From contig JBIKLL010000005.1 in assembly GCA_044359815.1 (NCBI GenBank), positions 1-64,000 of the forward strand: 64,000 nucleotides of DNA. The letters are read 5' to 3'. Shown here piece by piece: positions 9,653 to 20,344 of the stretch (positions are counted from its first letter, which is position 1; each line of letters opens with the position of its first letter). The position numbers and the translations under genes are program-made. The notes beneath the pieces are model-generated. The model did no database searches and was not told where the DNA came from. It was given only the letters and a program-made list of their open reading frames with translations. Origin of the DNA: Pseudobdellovibrionaceae bacterium (GTDB lineage: Bacteria; Bdellovibrionota; Bdellovibrionia; Bdellovibrionales; Bdellovibrionaceae).

Positions 9653-10401
9653 TGACCGCTTTCCAGAGGATTTGAATCCATTCTGGCGCGAGCATCAATC
9701 AGCTCCTCCTCAAGAGTTCTGATTTCGTTACTGATATTGCCATTACCTGGATAATTTAACGATGAATTTTGATTTTTGCGTTCGGCTTTTTTTAGGTCCT
9801 CGTATTTTTTTGAATAACTGCGAAGCTCTTGGTTGAAATAATTTTGCCGTTCCCTAATGTAGTCATCAAAATTTTTGCGCCGTTCCCTCATGCTGGATTC
9901 AAAATCATCGCGCTTTTCACGTTGATTGGCAAAATAGGTTTTACGAGCCTCATCATTGCTGGCAAAAAATCTGTCCCTTTCGTCCTTGGAATGTTTAACG
10001 GCATTAAATTCTTTTCGCGCTAAATCTTGGTTTTTCAAAAAATCATCGCGTTTTTGTCTTTCTTGTTTGTTAAATTCTTCGCGTTCTTTACGAGCGTCTT
10101 TGTCAAAAACTTCGCGTTTTTTGCGAACCACAGAATCAAATTTGGATCTGATTTCGCTGGGTGGCAGTTTGACCTCTGATAACAGATTCAGAACAAAGGC
10201 CAGCTCATCGTTTTCACGTTTTTTCTGTTCAGGCACGCTGGATCTGATGTCATCAAAGGCCTGTCGATCTGAAGAAAGCGAATATTTACTGTCGACCAAC
10301 CCAGATGGTGTATTAGATTTTTCATATTTGTTGTCGGCAGTTTCTCTGGACTGACATCCTGATATAAATACGCAAACAAAAATAATTTTCCAGGGTTTCA
10401 T
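9649..10401 (-). CDS. Charged coiled-coil lipoprotein
   Basis: Start refined to MKPWK (RBS GAGG); lipobox ISGC; R/K/E/D-rich helical repeats. Confidence 0.7.
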   Translation of the reverse strand: MKPWKIIFVCVFISGCQSRETADNKYEKSNTPSGLVDSKYSLSSDRQAFDDIRSSVPEQKKRENDELAFVLNLLSEVKLPPSEIRSKFDSVVRKKREVFDKDARKEREEFNKQERQKRDDFLKNQDLARKEFNAVKHSKDERDRFFASNDEARKTYFANQREKRDDFESSMRERRKNFDDYIRERQNYFNQELRSYSKKYEDLKKAERKNQNSSLNYPGNGNISNEIRTLEEELIDARARMDSNPLESGQ

Positions 10402-10479
10402 GGTTACCTCGCCTATCTTAAAGTGTAGATTTTCTTGATTAAAAACACAAACTGTCGATAAGTGATCAGATAGGATCAT

Positions 10480-11181
10480 ATGATTTACGGACGAAGATTT
10501 TTCGATTCAAAAAAACTGCAAAAGCGGTCCCCAGCGGCTGATTCTAAGCATTTGAAATTACGAGAGATATTGTCCACCGACATCAAGGATAAATATTACC
10601 GCGAGCTTAAACTTAAGCACGTTTCGTTGCTGGTTTTTGGCAGTTTTTTTTCAGTTTTATTGTTCATTGGTCCAGCTGTTTATTTTTTGGTTCAGAACTA
10701 TCAGATTTTTCAGCGACTCGCTCTGGATACCAGTCCCCAGTTGGTCGAACACATTGAAAGAGAGCTCAATTGGTTTATTGGATTGTCTTTACTGACGGTA
10801 GTTTCCGCAGGTTTTTGCACAGCATGGTTGGGTGCGCGACTGATAAACTCAATTATAAAACCCATTTATTCGGTTCAGCATCATCTGAGGGATATTATTG
10901 ACGGAGATTGGTCAGAGCATCCCAAATTTAATTTTGACGGTGAATTCAGGTCTTTTTTGTCGACCTATGATTATTTTCATCAATCAATTCAGAATATGGC
11001 TTTGGAAGAGCTTCAGCAGCTGCAACAATTGCAGATTGATCCCAATGACAAAATCAGCAGTTCTATTAAAAATCAGCTGGTCACCAATCGTAAAAAAATT
11101 CTGGCACAAAAAACTGATAGCAAAGTTATCGATCTCGCCGAAGGCTCTTTCGGATCTGGTTCGAAACGTCGCGCTTCTTGA
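10480..11181 (+). CDS. Two-TM, HAMP-like membrane protein
   Basis: Two hydrophobic helices followed by IIKPIYSVQHHLRDIIDGDW (HAMP-like); overlaps the smpB 3' end convergently. Confidence 0.65.
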   Translation: MIYGRRFFDSKKLQKRSPAADSKHLKLREILSTDIKDKYYRELKLKHVSLLVFGSFFSVLLFIGPAVYFLVQNYQIFQRLALDTSPQLVEHIERELNWFIGLSLLTVVSAGFCTAWLGARLINSIIKPIYSVQHHLRDIIDGDWSEHPKFNFDGEFRSFLSTYDYFHQSIQNMALEELQQLQQLQIDPNDKISSSIKNQLVTNRKKILAQKTDSKVIDLAEGSFGSGSKRRAS

Positions 11182-11578
11182 TTGTTTCCCGCTTGTCGTG
11201 CAGTTTTTTACCCTTCACCAAAGCAATTTCAATTTTTACGCGGCCATTTTTAAAATACATTTTTAATGGGACACAGGACAGACCCTTTTCCCGCAAACTG
11301 CCAAAAATTTTGCCCAGTTCATTTCTGTTCAGCAGCAGCTTTCTGCGGCGTTCGGGTTCATGGTTGTTGTGGCTGGATTTTTCGTAAACAGAAATATGCG
11401 AATTCTGCAAAAAAGCTTCATCACCGATAAAGGCTACAAAAGAATCTTTCAGTTGAACTTTGCCGTCCCTGATGGATTTGACTTCAGAACCTTGCAAGAC
11501 CAAACCGGCTTCAAAAGATTCTTCAATAAAATAATTAAATCGAGCTTGCCGGTTTTCGGCCACTATTTTGATGGACAT
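11126..11578 (-). CDS. smpB: SsrA-binding protein
   Basis: NRQARFNY, EAGLVLQGSEVKSIR, RKLLL and GKKLHDKRE motifs. Confidence 0.97.
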   Translation of the reverse strand: MSIKIVAENRQARFNYFIEESFEAGLVLQGSEVKSIRDGKVQLKDSFVAFIGDEAFLQNSHISVYEKSSHNNHEPERRRKLLLNRNELGKIFGSLREKGLSCVPLKMYFKNGRVKIEIALVKGKKLHDKRETIKKRDVSNQIRKSLRRDR

Positions 11579-11582
11579 AAAG

Positions 11583-12377
11583 TTAATTTAACTTTTGATA
11601 CAATTCTTGAAACTGTGCAATCGTTAATTGGGCTGCCCTGGTGTTTTCAGATATTCCCAGCATTCCAAAAGCCTCTAGAGCCTTTAAGCGGGGATAGCCT
11701 GCGGTCAGATTTGAAATCATCATTTTACGGGGATGACTGAAAGCAAGCTTCAGAAATGTCAAAAATCCTTCTGGATCGATGGTGCAGGGTATGGATTCAA
11801 ACACCAGCACCTGACTGGCGATTTTGGGCGCTGGATAAAAATCTCGAGTGCTGAGTTCCAGTAATTTTTTGGGTTTCCAAAAAGTCTGAACCATAACTGA
11901 TAGCATTCCGTAATCTGGATCCGTTTGTTTGGCGCGGATTTTAACTGCCACTTCCTTTTGGAACATCAAAATCATTTTGCCCAGTTTGGTTTTATCCAAA
12001 CATCGATCAATCAGGATCCTTGATGAAATCTGATAGGGCAGATTGCTGACAAACAAAGTATTAATTGGATCCGCAATCTGCCAATCCCAATCCAGAGCAT
12101 CGGCATTGACAATGGTTTGGCCTCTGTCCTGCCAGTATTTAAAAAACACTCGATCCAGTTCAATCAGAAAAATATTTCTATGAATTTTTATTAGTGCTTC
12201 CGTCAACGAACCCAAACCAGGGCCAACCTCGATGATCTGCTTCCATTGGTTTTTGACGATTTCATCACAGATTTTTGTAATGGCATGTTCGCTGACTAAA
12301 AAATTTTGTCCCAATGATCGTTTGGCATCGATCCCAAGCTCTGACATTTTCTGTTTGGTGAATTCGACTAAGCTCAT
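11583..12377 (-). CDS. rsmA: 16S rRNA m6,2A dimethyltransferase
   Basis: KRSLGQNFL, EVGPGLG, SNLPY and MFQKEVA motifs. Confidence 0.95.
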   Translation of the reverse strand: MSLVEFTKQKMSELGIDAKRSLGQNFLVSEHAITKICDEIVKNQWKQIIEVGPGLGSLTEALIKIHRNIFLIELDRVFFKYWQDRGQTIVNADALDWDWQIADPINTLFVSNLPYQISSRILIDRCLDKTKLGKMILMFQKEVAVKIRAKQTDPDYGMLSVMVQTFWKPKKLLELSTRDFYPAPKIASQVLVFESIPCTIDPEGFLTFLKLAFSHPRKMMISNLTAGYPRLKALEAFGMLGISENTRAAQLTIAQFQELYQKLN

Positions 12378-13423
12378 TATCGGTTTTTACCTATAAAATC
12401 GGATTCCAATGAGCTGGGATTGGGTTTCATTAATGCATCTGATCTTTCACCCAGATTCAGTCTGATGATTCCGGCCAGTCCGATCATGGCTGCGTTGTCA
12501 GTGCAAAATCTAAGCGGAGGTATTAATAATTCCAGATTATTTTTGCCAGCCAGTTCTGTGATTTGCTGGCGCAATCGCGAATTAGCGCTCACACCACCTG
12601 TGACAGTGATTTTTTTGATATTCAAATCACTGGCAGCTTTTATGATTTTAGCATTCAGCACATCCACAATGGCTTGCTGGTAACTGGCACACAAATCACT
12701 GATCAATTGGCTGTCAGATAGGTCCATGCCTGAAACCAATCTGGCAGCTGCTGATTTGAGGCCCGAAAAACTCATGTTATAATTGTCATCATCGATCATT
12801 GATCTGGGAAACTGAAATTTTTTACTGTCTCCGTTCACAGACAGTTTGTCGATTTTAGCGCCGCCTGGAAAACCCAATCCAATTAATTTACCAAATTTGT
12901 CAAAAGCTTCGCCGGCAGCATCATCCAGTGTGCGACCCAAAACTTGGTACTGTGAAAATCCATTTACCAAATACAAACTGGTATGGCCGCCACTGACGGC
13001 CAGTGAAATAAATGGTGTTTTAAAATCAAAAGTCGGCTGGTAGCTGTTATCCCGTAAAAAAGGCGCTAACAAATGTCCTTCCAGATGATTAATACCAATC
13101 AGTGGCTTTTTAAGAACTTGAGCCAGAGACTTTGCAGTCACTACACCCACCATCAGTGCGCCCACTAAGCCAGGCCTGTTGGTGACGGCAATCCCATCAA
13201 TATCGGACAGTTTTAAATTTGAATCTTGTAAAATCTGATCGATCAAAGGCAACAACACCTCGGTGTGATTGCGTGAAGCAATTTCTGGGACTATTCCACC
13301 GTAAATCTTGTGGGCTAAATCCTGATTCATGCTAAGTAATGACAGAACCTGACCGTCTTGGTCCACCACTGCGACAGAAGTGTCATCGCAACTGGTTTCG
13401 ATGGCTAAAACCTTGTTGATCAC
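12377..13423 (-). CDS. tsaD: tRNA t6A threonylcarbamoyltransferase
   Basis: IETSCDDT, NHLEGH, SGGHT, DDAAGEAFDK and CTDNAAMI motifs. Confidence 0.97.
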   Translation of the reverse strand: MINKVLAIETSCDDTSVAVVDQDGQVLSLLSMNQDLAHKIYGGIVPEIASRNHTEVLLPLIDQILQDSNLKLSDIDGIAVTNRPGLVGALMVGVVTAKSLAQVLKKPLIGINHLEGHLLAPFLRDNSYQPTFDFKTPFISLAVSGGHTSLYLVNGFSQYQVLGRTLDDAAGEAFDKFGKLIGLGFPGGAKIDKLSVNGDSKKFQFPRSMIDDDNYNMSFSGLKSAAARLVSGMDLSDSQLISDLCASYQQAIVDVLNAKIIKAASDLNIKKITVTGGVSANSRLRQQITELAGKNNLELLIPPLRFCTDNAAMIGLAGIIRLNLGERSDALMKPNPSSLESDFIGKNR

Positions 13424-14073
13424 TTTTTGACTGACTTCAGTTTTGATTTAGCTTTTTTTGCTTCATTGCTGTTTGGATATTTTTCGATCACTTCTTCAAA
13501 AAATGGTTTGGCGTCGTCAGCCAATCCTAGCTCGACAAAACAAACTCCAGTTTTAAATATAGCTTCAGGTACACGCTTGTCCTTGGGTTTAGCTTCTTTG
13601 AATTTCTGAAACGCCAGAGCTGCCTTTTTCCAATTCTTTTTTTCGTAAAGATCTTCGGCGATATCAAACTGCGATTCTTTTTTATCGGGCTTGTCGTTGC
13701 CAGCCGTGCTGGATTCGCTGGATTTTTCTGGTCGCTTTGCCAGTTCGGCTTGGATCAAATTCATTTGACCTTCAAGCTTGGTGACCTCGTCCTGCAGCAA
13801 TTGCATCTTTGCCAGCTGATCGGATTCTTTAGCTACGCTGGATTTTTTTTCGGCGTCAATTTTGTCAATGCGATTGTCCAGTGAGTCTATCCGGCCATTT
13901 AAACTGCGCATTTCAGACTCGAAATCAGAAAATTTACTGTAAGTATCTGCACTGTTTTTTTGGATATCTTGAAGTTGCTTTTTTTGCTCTTGCTCCTTCA
14001 GATCAGATCGAGTCATCAAAGTTTCGCAGGCTGACAGGGTCAGGCAGCAAGCAACTAGCAAATATTTTTTCAT
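13420..14073 (-). CDS. cpoB: Tol-Pal coiled-coil/TPR lipoprotein (CpoB/YbgF-like)
   Basis: Lipobox LSAC, coiled coil, C-terminal TPRs; downstream of pal. Confidence 0.8.
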   Translation of the reverse strand: MKKYLLVACCLTLSACETLMTRSDLKEQEQKKQLQDIQKNSADTYSKFSDFESEMRSLNGRIDSLDNRIDKIDAEKKSSVAKESDQLAKMQLLQDEVTKLEGQMNLIQAELAKRPEKSSESSTAGNDKPDKKESQFDIAEDLYEKKNWKKAALAFQKFKEAKPKDKRVPEAIFKTGVCFVELGLADDAKPFFEEVIEKYPNSNEAKKAKSKLKSVKK

Positions 14074-14369
14074 AGCACTTCTCCATTTTTAAGTCTGATT
14101 AAGCGGGTTGAGTTTTCAGCTTTTTCAGCAGCGATTCGTGCGCGTTGAAATTCGGCCTTAGCGCCAGTGAATTCCCGTTCTTGATAAAGAATTTTTGCTT
14201 TTCTGAAGGCGTCTTCGGCCTGATGCCAAAAACCCGGTGAAAATCTGCTGGCTTCAACACTTCGGGCAGCATCCAGAGCTGCCCGGGCCAATGTGTAGTC
14301 TTCAACCGGTGGTGGGGTCGTCGCACATCCCATAATCAAAGACAGTAACAATACTACGACGATTCTCAT
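14070..14369 (-). CDS. Small helical lipoprotein (DUF4398-like)
   Basis: Lipobox IMGC; Ala-rich helices; between pal and cpoB. Confidence 0.7.
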   Translation of the reverse strand: MRIVVVLLLSLIMGCATTPPPVEDYTLARAALDAARSVEASRFSPGFWHQAEDAFRKAKILYQEREFTGAKAEFQRARIAAEKAENSTRLIRLKNGEVL

Positions 14370-14373
14370 GTGA

Positions 14374-14889
14374 TTACTGAGTTAAAGGTAAAAAATTTGC
14401 GCGTCGGTTTTTAGCGTGATCAGATTCTGAATCGCCTTTTGCCAACAGTTTTTCTTTACCATAGCTGATGATGCTCAGTCTTTTCGCTGGAATTCCTAAG
14501 CTGACCATATAGTTTTTCACAGCTTGAGCTCTGCGTTCTCCCAGTGACAAATTGTATTCAATGGATCCCCTGACGTCACAATGACCTTCGATTTGCAGAT
14601 TTGTTGAAGCTTTTTGTTTCAACCAATCAGCATTAGTCTGAAGGGCTTTTTTAGCTTCGCCATTTAAATTGGCTCTGTCGTATTCAAAATAAATAGTGTT
14701 CAAGCCGGCGATTTTGCCGCTGTCGCTACCATTCACATCAAAATCCATTGGCGTTGATTCAATCGCAGAAGGAGGTGCATTCCCATCTGGTGAAAGTCCT
14801 GCCGTATCTTCTGCTTTCTTTTTGCTGGAGCAAGCGGCTAAGCCAACAATTACGCCCAACAATAAAATCCAAGTAAAATTCTTTTTCAC
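14374..14889 (-). CDS. pal: Peptidoglycan-associated lipoprotein
   Basis: LAAC lipobox; IEGHCDVRGSIEYNLSLGERRA, SYGKE and NRR OmpA-like motifs. Confidence 0.95.
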   Translation of the reverse strand: MKKNFTWILLLGVIVGLAACSSKKKAEDTAGLSPDGNAPPSAIESTPMDFDVNGSDSGKIAGLNTIYFEYDRANLNGEAKKALQTNADWLKQKASTNLQIEGHCDVRGSIEYNLSLGERRAQAVKNYMVSLGIPAKRLSIISYGKEKLLAKGDSESDHAKNRRANFLPLTQ

Positions 14890-14947
14890 AAAGGCCTCCT
14901 TAACTTTTAGTTTTTAATAATGAAAAATATCGGGCCTTGTTGTCAAT

Positions 14948-17902
14948 TTGAATAGCGTATGCTGCAATGAAACCCATATGAAATTACTTTCTCTGACAAT
15001 AATGATTTGTGTTTTTGCAGTCTCAAGGCCTGGATACACTCAAGCTGATCCTTCTATAGAATGGAAGCTTATGAAGCTTCCGCACTTTGACTTGGTATTT
15101 GATGCGCGCCATCAGGAGCTCGCCAACGCTTACGCGCCCAGATTGGAAAGTCACATAGGTGTTTTAAAAAAATACTTTCAAAGCTTTCCGTCAAAAATTT
15201 TAATTGTGCTTAATGATAAGACAGATTCCGTAAACGGGTACGCAACGCCTATGCCTTACGCACATATGGTGATTTTTCCGGTGTTGCCTGGTTCCATGGA
15301 TTCGATTTCTGTTTATGGTGATTGGTTTCATGAACTGTCGCTGCACGAATACACCCATATTCTGCAATTTGAACCGCGCAGTGGAGTGTTTAAAATTTTA
15401 AACCAGATTTTTGGCAATTGGGTAACACCTAATGCGCTCTTGCCCAGATGGTGGCTTGAGGGCTTGGCAGTTGATTTAGAAACCAGGGAATCCAGTCATG
15501 GAAGAATGCGATCGCCGTGGACTGATGGTGCGCTGAGATCCTACGTTGTTGAAAACACATTGGACAAAGTCGACATGGGCGAAATCAATGAGACTTCAAT
15601 TCCGACTTGGCCCTTTGGCGCCAGGCCCTATCTGTTTGGGGCGTTGTTATGGAGTGAAATGGCTTCGCGCAAAATCGAAACGATTGGTGAACTGAACGAA
15701 AGATACGGCGGCAGAATCCCATTTATTATCGAAACACCTGTTCGTGAAAAGTTTGATCAGACCTACACCGAGCTCTTTGAGGACGCAAAAACAGGATTGC
15801 AGCACAGGGTGCAAACTCAAATGATCAGACTGAAAATGATTAATACCACTGATCGGGCGCCATTGAAGACTAAATTTATCGAGGCCTATACGCCCGTGAT
15901 TAGCCCAGATAACAAAAAAATGATTTTTCTGGGGCGCGATGATACCACCCGCAGGACTATTAATATTTTAATCAGGCCAGACGCAGCTGTGAATTTTGAT
16001 GAATCCCAATTGTTTTCTGATGTGAAGGACAAAACAATTGAAACGGTGACTGATTCCAGTCCCATCCCTGATGCTCCGGGTGGGGGATCAGTGTCCAGGT
16101 ATTCGTGGTTTCCTGATTCAATGAGTTTTGTTTATGACAAAATTGAAGAAGTCGACAGATTCAGCGAAAGATCAGAGCTTTACATATATTCGCTGGAAAC
16201 AAAAAAAGGCAAAAAGCTCAGCACAGCAATGCGGGCCCGTGAACCCACAGTTTCCCCCGATGGCAAACAATTAGCCTACGTCAAAATATCAGCCGGGGCT
16301 ACAGGATTGGCCGTTTGGAATCTGGAGTCTAAAACAGAAACAATTTTGCACACGGGGCAACTGCAAGAAAGAATTTCTTATCCTGTGTATTTGGATCAAA
16401 ACAAAATTGCCTTTATCAGTCGGTATCAGGGCACTGATTCGGTAAATATTTATGATTTGCAAAATAAATCACTGCAAAAATTAAATTCAGAATTCACTCA
16501 GATCAATTTTTTGGTTTTTGCCAATCAAAAATTATATTTTGTTTCTTGGAAAAACGGCGTTGCTAATATTTATGAAGGCAAAATTGATTTTCAGAAAAAC
16601 CGAATCACTGACGTTAAGCCCAAATCACACAGTCTGACGGGTTTGGGATCATTTGGTGTTGAATCAACTGAAACCGGTGGCGTCTATGCATCACTAATGA
16701 CCAGCACAGGTTTTAAAATTGCAAAAATCGAAAATCAAGATTCAGCCAGGCTTCCCAATGCGCTGCCAGTTGTGGAACCCCTATATGCCGATCGCTATCC
16801 ACTGCAGAGTCATAAATTTGAACCGGTAGATACCAGTCAGGTGTCGGATTACAATTCATTTTCTTATTTGTTCCCCAGGTATTGGTTCCCCAGTATCGGG
16901 ACCTCGACTACTGGAAACACATATTATGGATTTACGACGGGAAGTTTTGATCCGCTTCAGAAGCAGGTTTATTCTTTGCTGGCTTTATTTGAACCCAAGC
17001 CTCAGGAATGGAGCTTTATTTTAGCTTATCAAAATAATTTTTTTAAACCCCGAATTGATTTTAACATTTTTGATATCAAAACCATACCCATATTAACAAA
17101 CATCAACAGTCGCTGGCAAAAATCCAGCTTGGATATAATGTGGCAATTAAATCCTATCAGCACAGAATTATTTTTTGGTCCAAACTACACCTATTTTAAA
17201 CGACGCAATGAAGACAGCAGTGCCATTGATTATTACACCGAGGTCACTCAATCGGGACCGGGCTTAACCTTGAGTTATGCGGACTATTCACAAGCTGGCA
17301 GTCAGATTTCACCCGAAAGCGGGCAGGCGGCTTTGTTACGTTGGAACAAATATCTAGAATCAGATTACCGGGAAAATTTTGATTATTTCTTTTTGCATTT
17401 ACAAAAATATTTTTCAAAATGGTTACCCAAACGTCATGTGATTTATCTGCAGGCTCGTGGACAATGGATCGACAATAAATTGGTTGGGCTGTCGAACTAT
17501 GTAACCACCGTAGGGGATTTCAGATACGCAAATTCGATGAATCCATTTTATGTGATGCGAGGTTATCCACCAGGATATTTTATTGGCAGAAATTTGCTTA
17601 ATTACAATGTTGAATACAGATTTCCGATTATGAATATTTATCGAACCTCGGGAACCAGTCCGATTTTTTTAAAGCGGTTTCATGGTGCGGTGGTGACTGA
17701 CGGAATCAATGTCGAAGGCTTTATTGAAAACTTAGGTACACCTGTTACCCGGGACACGTCCTATCACAGTGCCGGTTTAGAATTTAAAACTGATTTGACA
17801 TTGTGGTACCATATGCCGCTGACTTACACGGCGGGTGTGTATTGGTCGCTCAGCAAACCAAAGAATGAACAAACGGTTATGTTTTCATTGCAATCCCAGT
17901 GA
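14948..17902 (+). CDS. Outer-membrane protein: zincin-like domain + TolB-like propeller + BamA-like barrel
   Basis: HEYTH...WWLEGLA; SPDNK/SPDGK propeller repeats; MRGYP and EYRFP barrel motifs. Confidence 0.75.
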   Translation: MNSVCCNETHMKLLSLTIMICVFAVSRPGYTQADPSIEWKLMKLPHFDLVFDARHQELANAYAPRLESHIGVLKKYFQSFPSKILIVLNDKTDSVNGYATPMPYAHMVIFPVLPGSMDSISVYGDWFHELSLHEYTHILQFEPRSGVFKILNQIFGNWVTPNALLPRWWLEGLAVDLETRESSHGRMRSPWTDGALRSYVVENTLDKVDMGEINETSIPTWPFGARPYLFGALLWSEMASRKIETIGELNERYGGRIPFIIETPVREKFDQTYTELFEDAKTGLQHRVQTQMIRLKMINTTDRAPLKTKFIEAYTPVISPDNKKMIFLGRDDTTRRTINILIRPDAAVNFDESQLFSDVKDKTIETVTDSSPIPDAPGGGSVSRYSWFPDSMSFVYDKIEEVDRFSERSELYIYSLETKKGKKLSTAMRAREPTVSPDGKQLAYVKISAGATGLAVWNLESKTETILHTGQLQERISYPVYLDQNKIAFISRYQGTDSVNIYDLQNKSLQKLNSEFTQINFLVFANQKLYFVSWKNGVANIYEGKIDFQKNRITDVKPKSHSLTGLGSFGVESTETGGVYASLMTSTGFKIAKIENQDSARLPNALPVVEPLYADRYPLQSHKFEPVDTSQVSDYNSFSYLFPRYWFPSIGTSTTGNTYYGFTTGSFDPLQKQVYSLLALFEPKPQEWSFILAYQNNFFKPRIDFNIFDIKTIPILTNINSRWQKSSLDIMWQLNPISTELFFGPNYTYFKRRNEDSSAIDYYTEVTQSGPGLTLSYADYSQAGSQISPESGQAALLRWNKYLESDYRENFDYFFLHLQKYFSKWLPKRHVIYLQARGQWIDNKLVGLSNYVTTVGDFRYANSMNPFYVMRGYPPGYFIGRNLLNYNVEYRFPIMNIYRTSGTSPIFLKRFHGAVVTDGINVEGFIENLGTPVTRDTSYHSAGLEFKTDLTLWYHMPLTYTAGVYWSLSKPKNEQTVMFSLQSQ

Positions 17903-17968
17903 TGTTTATTCAGGGACAAGGTAATGGTTTGGCAAAAGCTGTCGGGACTAAGGTCTTGCTGGTAAGGC

Positions 17969-18544
17969 ATGTGTTTGCCACAAATTATTGACAGAAAGAC
18001 TGGTTACCCGAACAATTATTTTATGGATACATTGCCTGATCGCCTGTCATGGATCAAAGATTTAGTTCACACTGAAGAGCAGATGGAAAGCGCCGGAATT
18101 GTCGATTTAAATCCTCAATCCGATCGTGAAAAATTGCTGATCAAAGAATCCACATCAGTGTTGCAGTATTTTAAAAATGAAATCGTTGAAGCGGCTCAGA
18201 TTTTTAATTCGCTCAAGACTTCGCAAGTGGGCAGAATTAAAATTTATAACATTGCAAAAACCAACAGTGATTTTATGGTTTTTCGTAATGGCTTTAAAAT
18301 GATTTTTTCTATGAAAAAACCAGGAGTGATTTCAATAAGATTTAATTTTATTGGAACTATGCTGGATGCCAGTAACCCAACGGTTTCAGCAGCGGCTGCC
18401 CAGAGCGCTATCGAAGAAAATTTGATAGAAGCCAAGATGGGTCCTTTTGGTGAATTGCACTGGATTCACAAAGGGCAACCGATCAAGCTTTCCATCGTAG
18501 TAAAGCACCATATGACTCTGTTTGTGCGAGAAAGCTCTAAGTAA
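17969..18544 (+). CDS. Hypothetical protein (start probably MDTL)
   Basis: Clean ORF following the previous gene; no recognised motif. Confidence 0.7.
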   Translation: MCLPQIIDRKTGYPNNYFMDTLPDRLSWIKDLVHTEEQMESAGIVDLNPQSDREKLLIKESTSVLQYFKNEIVEAAQIFNSLKTSQVGRIKIYNIAKTNSDFMVFRNGFKMIFSMKKPGVISIRFNFIGTMLDASNPTVSAAAAQSAIEENLIEAKMGPFGELHWIHKGQPIKLSIVVKHHMTLFVRESSK

Positions 18545-18617
18545 TAAAAGCCGATTCAGATAATTTTTTTCAAAAATTAAGTCTTTAGATTCAAAAAAGT
18601 AGCTAAAAAACTTTTTG

Positions 18618-19253
18618 CTATTTAATGAGTTTTGGAAAAAACGCGTTCGTTTGTTTCATGTATTCACGGTAACTGGGCAGATATTGTGGCAGAACTTTGT
18701 CCTCCTGCTTTGCGCTGTATCCATAATAGGCAGCCAAGATTATAGTGTTGGCGAATAATACCAATGAACCGCTAGCAACAAAGAATCCAAACAACAATCC
18801 CACATTAGCAACATAGATTGGGTGCCGAACAAATTTGTAAACGCCATCACGGACGACATCCCTAGGGACATAGGATTCAAAACAAGGGCTGTAGCTTTGG
18901 CCCAATGTGACTTTGGCGCTCAGGAAAATTGCAAAAAACAAAGCGCTGATTGCCAACCCACAATACAAAGTTAAATCTGAAACAGGGTAGATTTTTAAAA
19001 ACGCCGCATGATCAGACCAAAACGAACCAATCGTAAAAATCACGCACGCTAGCTGTAAATATCTATACACTAACGCAAAAGAAGCAGGGGACTTAATTCT
19101 GACTGACTTACCTTGACGGAATTTTCCATCGGCATGTTTGTAAAAATAAGCAGAAGTAAACAAAATGGTGAGCACACTGATTGTTGCAATAATTTGATCG
19201 ATCATAAATACATTCCCTGTCTGAAACTGAAGGTTAAGTGTAATTGGCTGCAA
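18618..19253 (-). CDS. Isoprenylcysteine carboxyl methyltransferase (ICMT/PEMT) family membrane methyltransferase
   Basis: LG..YS, GVYKFVRHPIY, EDKVL and YREY...T..FFP motifs; several TM helices. Confidence 0.88.
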   Translation of the reverse strand: MQPITLNLQFQTGNVFMIDQIIATISVLTILFTSAYFYKHADGKFRQGKSVRIKSPASFALVYRYLQLACVIFTIGSFWSDHAAFLKIYPVSDLTLYCGLAISALFFAIFLSAKVTLGQSYSPCFESYVPRDVVRDGVYKFVRHPIYVANVGLLFGFFVASGSLVLFANTIILAAYYGYSAKQEDKVLPQYLPSYREYMKQTNAFFPKLIK

Positions 19254-19262
19254 AGAATATTT

Positions 19263-19829
19263 TTAATCATTGGAAGTGTTCCCAATTATAAAAAATGGTA
19301 ACTCTCCTTTGATTTTAATGATTCCTTCATTGTCAGACTTAATATCCATAACATATGCATTTTCGTGGCGTTCGCGAATATCCGAAAACCACACTTTTTG
19401 AATCAGCCCTTTGTTTTTACGGATCAGCTGATCCATCTCAATTTCGATTTTTGTTGGCCAAAATTTCGCTTGTTCAATCCCGTTTGGATCATATTTAAGA
19501 CCAAATCTATGGCAAATATAAACATAAGCCATTTTTTGAATATGAATCAATGCTGTTACAAAAATCAAATGATCTGGACTGCGTTTCATTGCACTAACAT
19601 ATTCTCGATCATAAAGTGCCTCCATATAATTGCCCATGATTCGATATTCTTTTATAAACAAAGTCTCTTGCACAGGTTTTCCCGGAAGCACATTAAAAAT
19701 AAGCTTAGACTCAGAAGCTTCAGGAATAATTATGGGATGGGTGTCCAGTCCTGTGTTGGTCAGGATTGGTTTGAGGCTATTGGGTTTTTGATTGATCCCA
19801 GCAGAGTTTTTTGTTTCTTGTAATGACAT
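19263..19829 (-). CDS. Hypothetical enzyme, putative hot-dog fold (AfsA/FcoT-like)
   Basis: Start refined to MSLQETK. SPDHLIFVTALIHIQKMAY helix followed by alternating beta-strands resembles the DH-helix-sheet layout of hot-dog enzymes. The fold is my inference. Confidence 0.5.
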   Translation of the reverse strand: MSLQETKNSAGINQKPNSLKPILTNTGLDTHPIIIPEASESKLIFNVLPGKPVQETLFIKEYRIMGNYMEALYDREYVSAMKRSPDHLIFVTALIHIQKMAYVYICHRFGLKYDPNGIEQAKFWPTKIEIEMDQLIRKNKGLIQKVWFSDIRERHENAYVMDIKSDNEGIIKIKGELPFFIIGNTSND

Positions 19830-20344
19830 TTTCGAGCTCCGATTTATAGCAATGTTAGTTTTAAAAACCTCTGTCCGTTTTAGCTTTGGCACTAAAAAAA
19901 TCCAAAACAAAACAGCCGATTCAGGTTTTGAAGTCAGATTTTGCAACTGAAGTGCCAATTTACCTATAGTATTTTCAGGTAGTTCTGCCTCAGGAAAGGG
20001 CTTTAGACAAAAAAGGACAGTCCGGTGATCAAGACATTTTCACTGTCTGGGGTGTGATCCCAATTTCGAATCTTTGCATATTGAAAGGGTCTTTTTTTGA
20101 TGGCCATTAATGGCCAAGATTCATTGTTAAAAGCCCAGAAACGTTCAGATTTTGTTAATTTCAAATTGAGACAGCTATCTATAAAATAACTAGAAGCTTC
20201 AAAAGTATGACAACTGTCTAATGTTTTTGGATGCAATGAATTTTGAGATGAGCTCATCGAGGCCTTGCTATTGCAAAAGAATAAACCGTGTCCATCGACC
20301 ATCAGGTTTCTGGAACACTGGGTTTCAAATTGGGGAAAGTCTGA

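Noticed and set aside
11126..11582. tmRNA gene next to smpB
   Set aside because: No intergenic space and no tRNA-like ends nearby.
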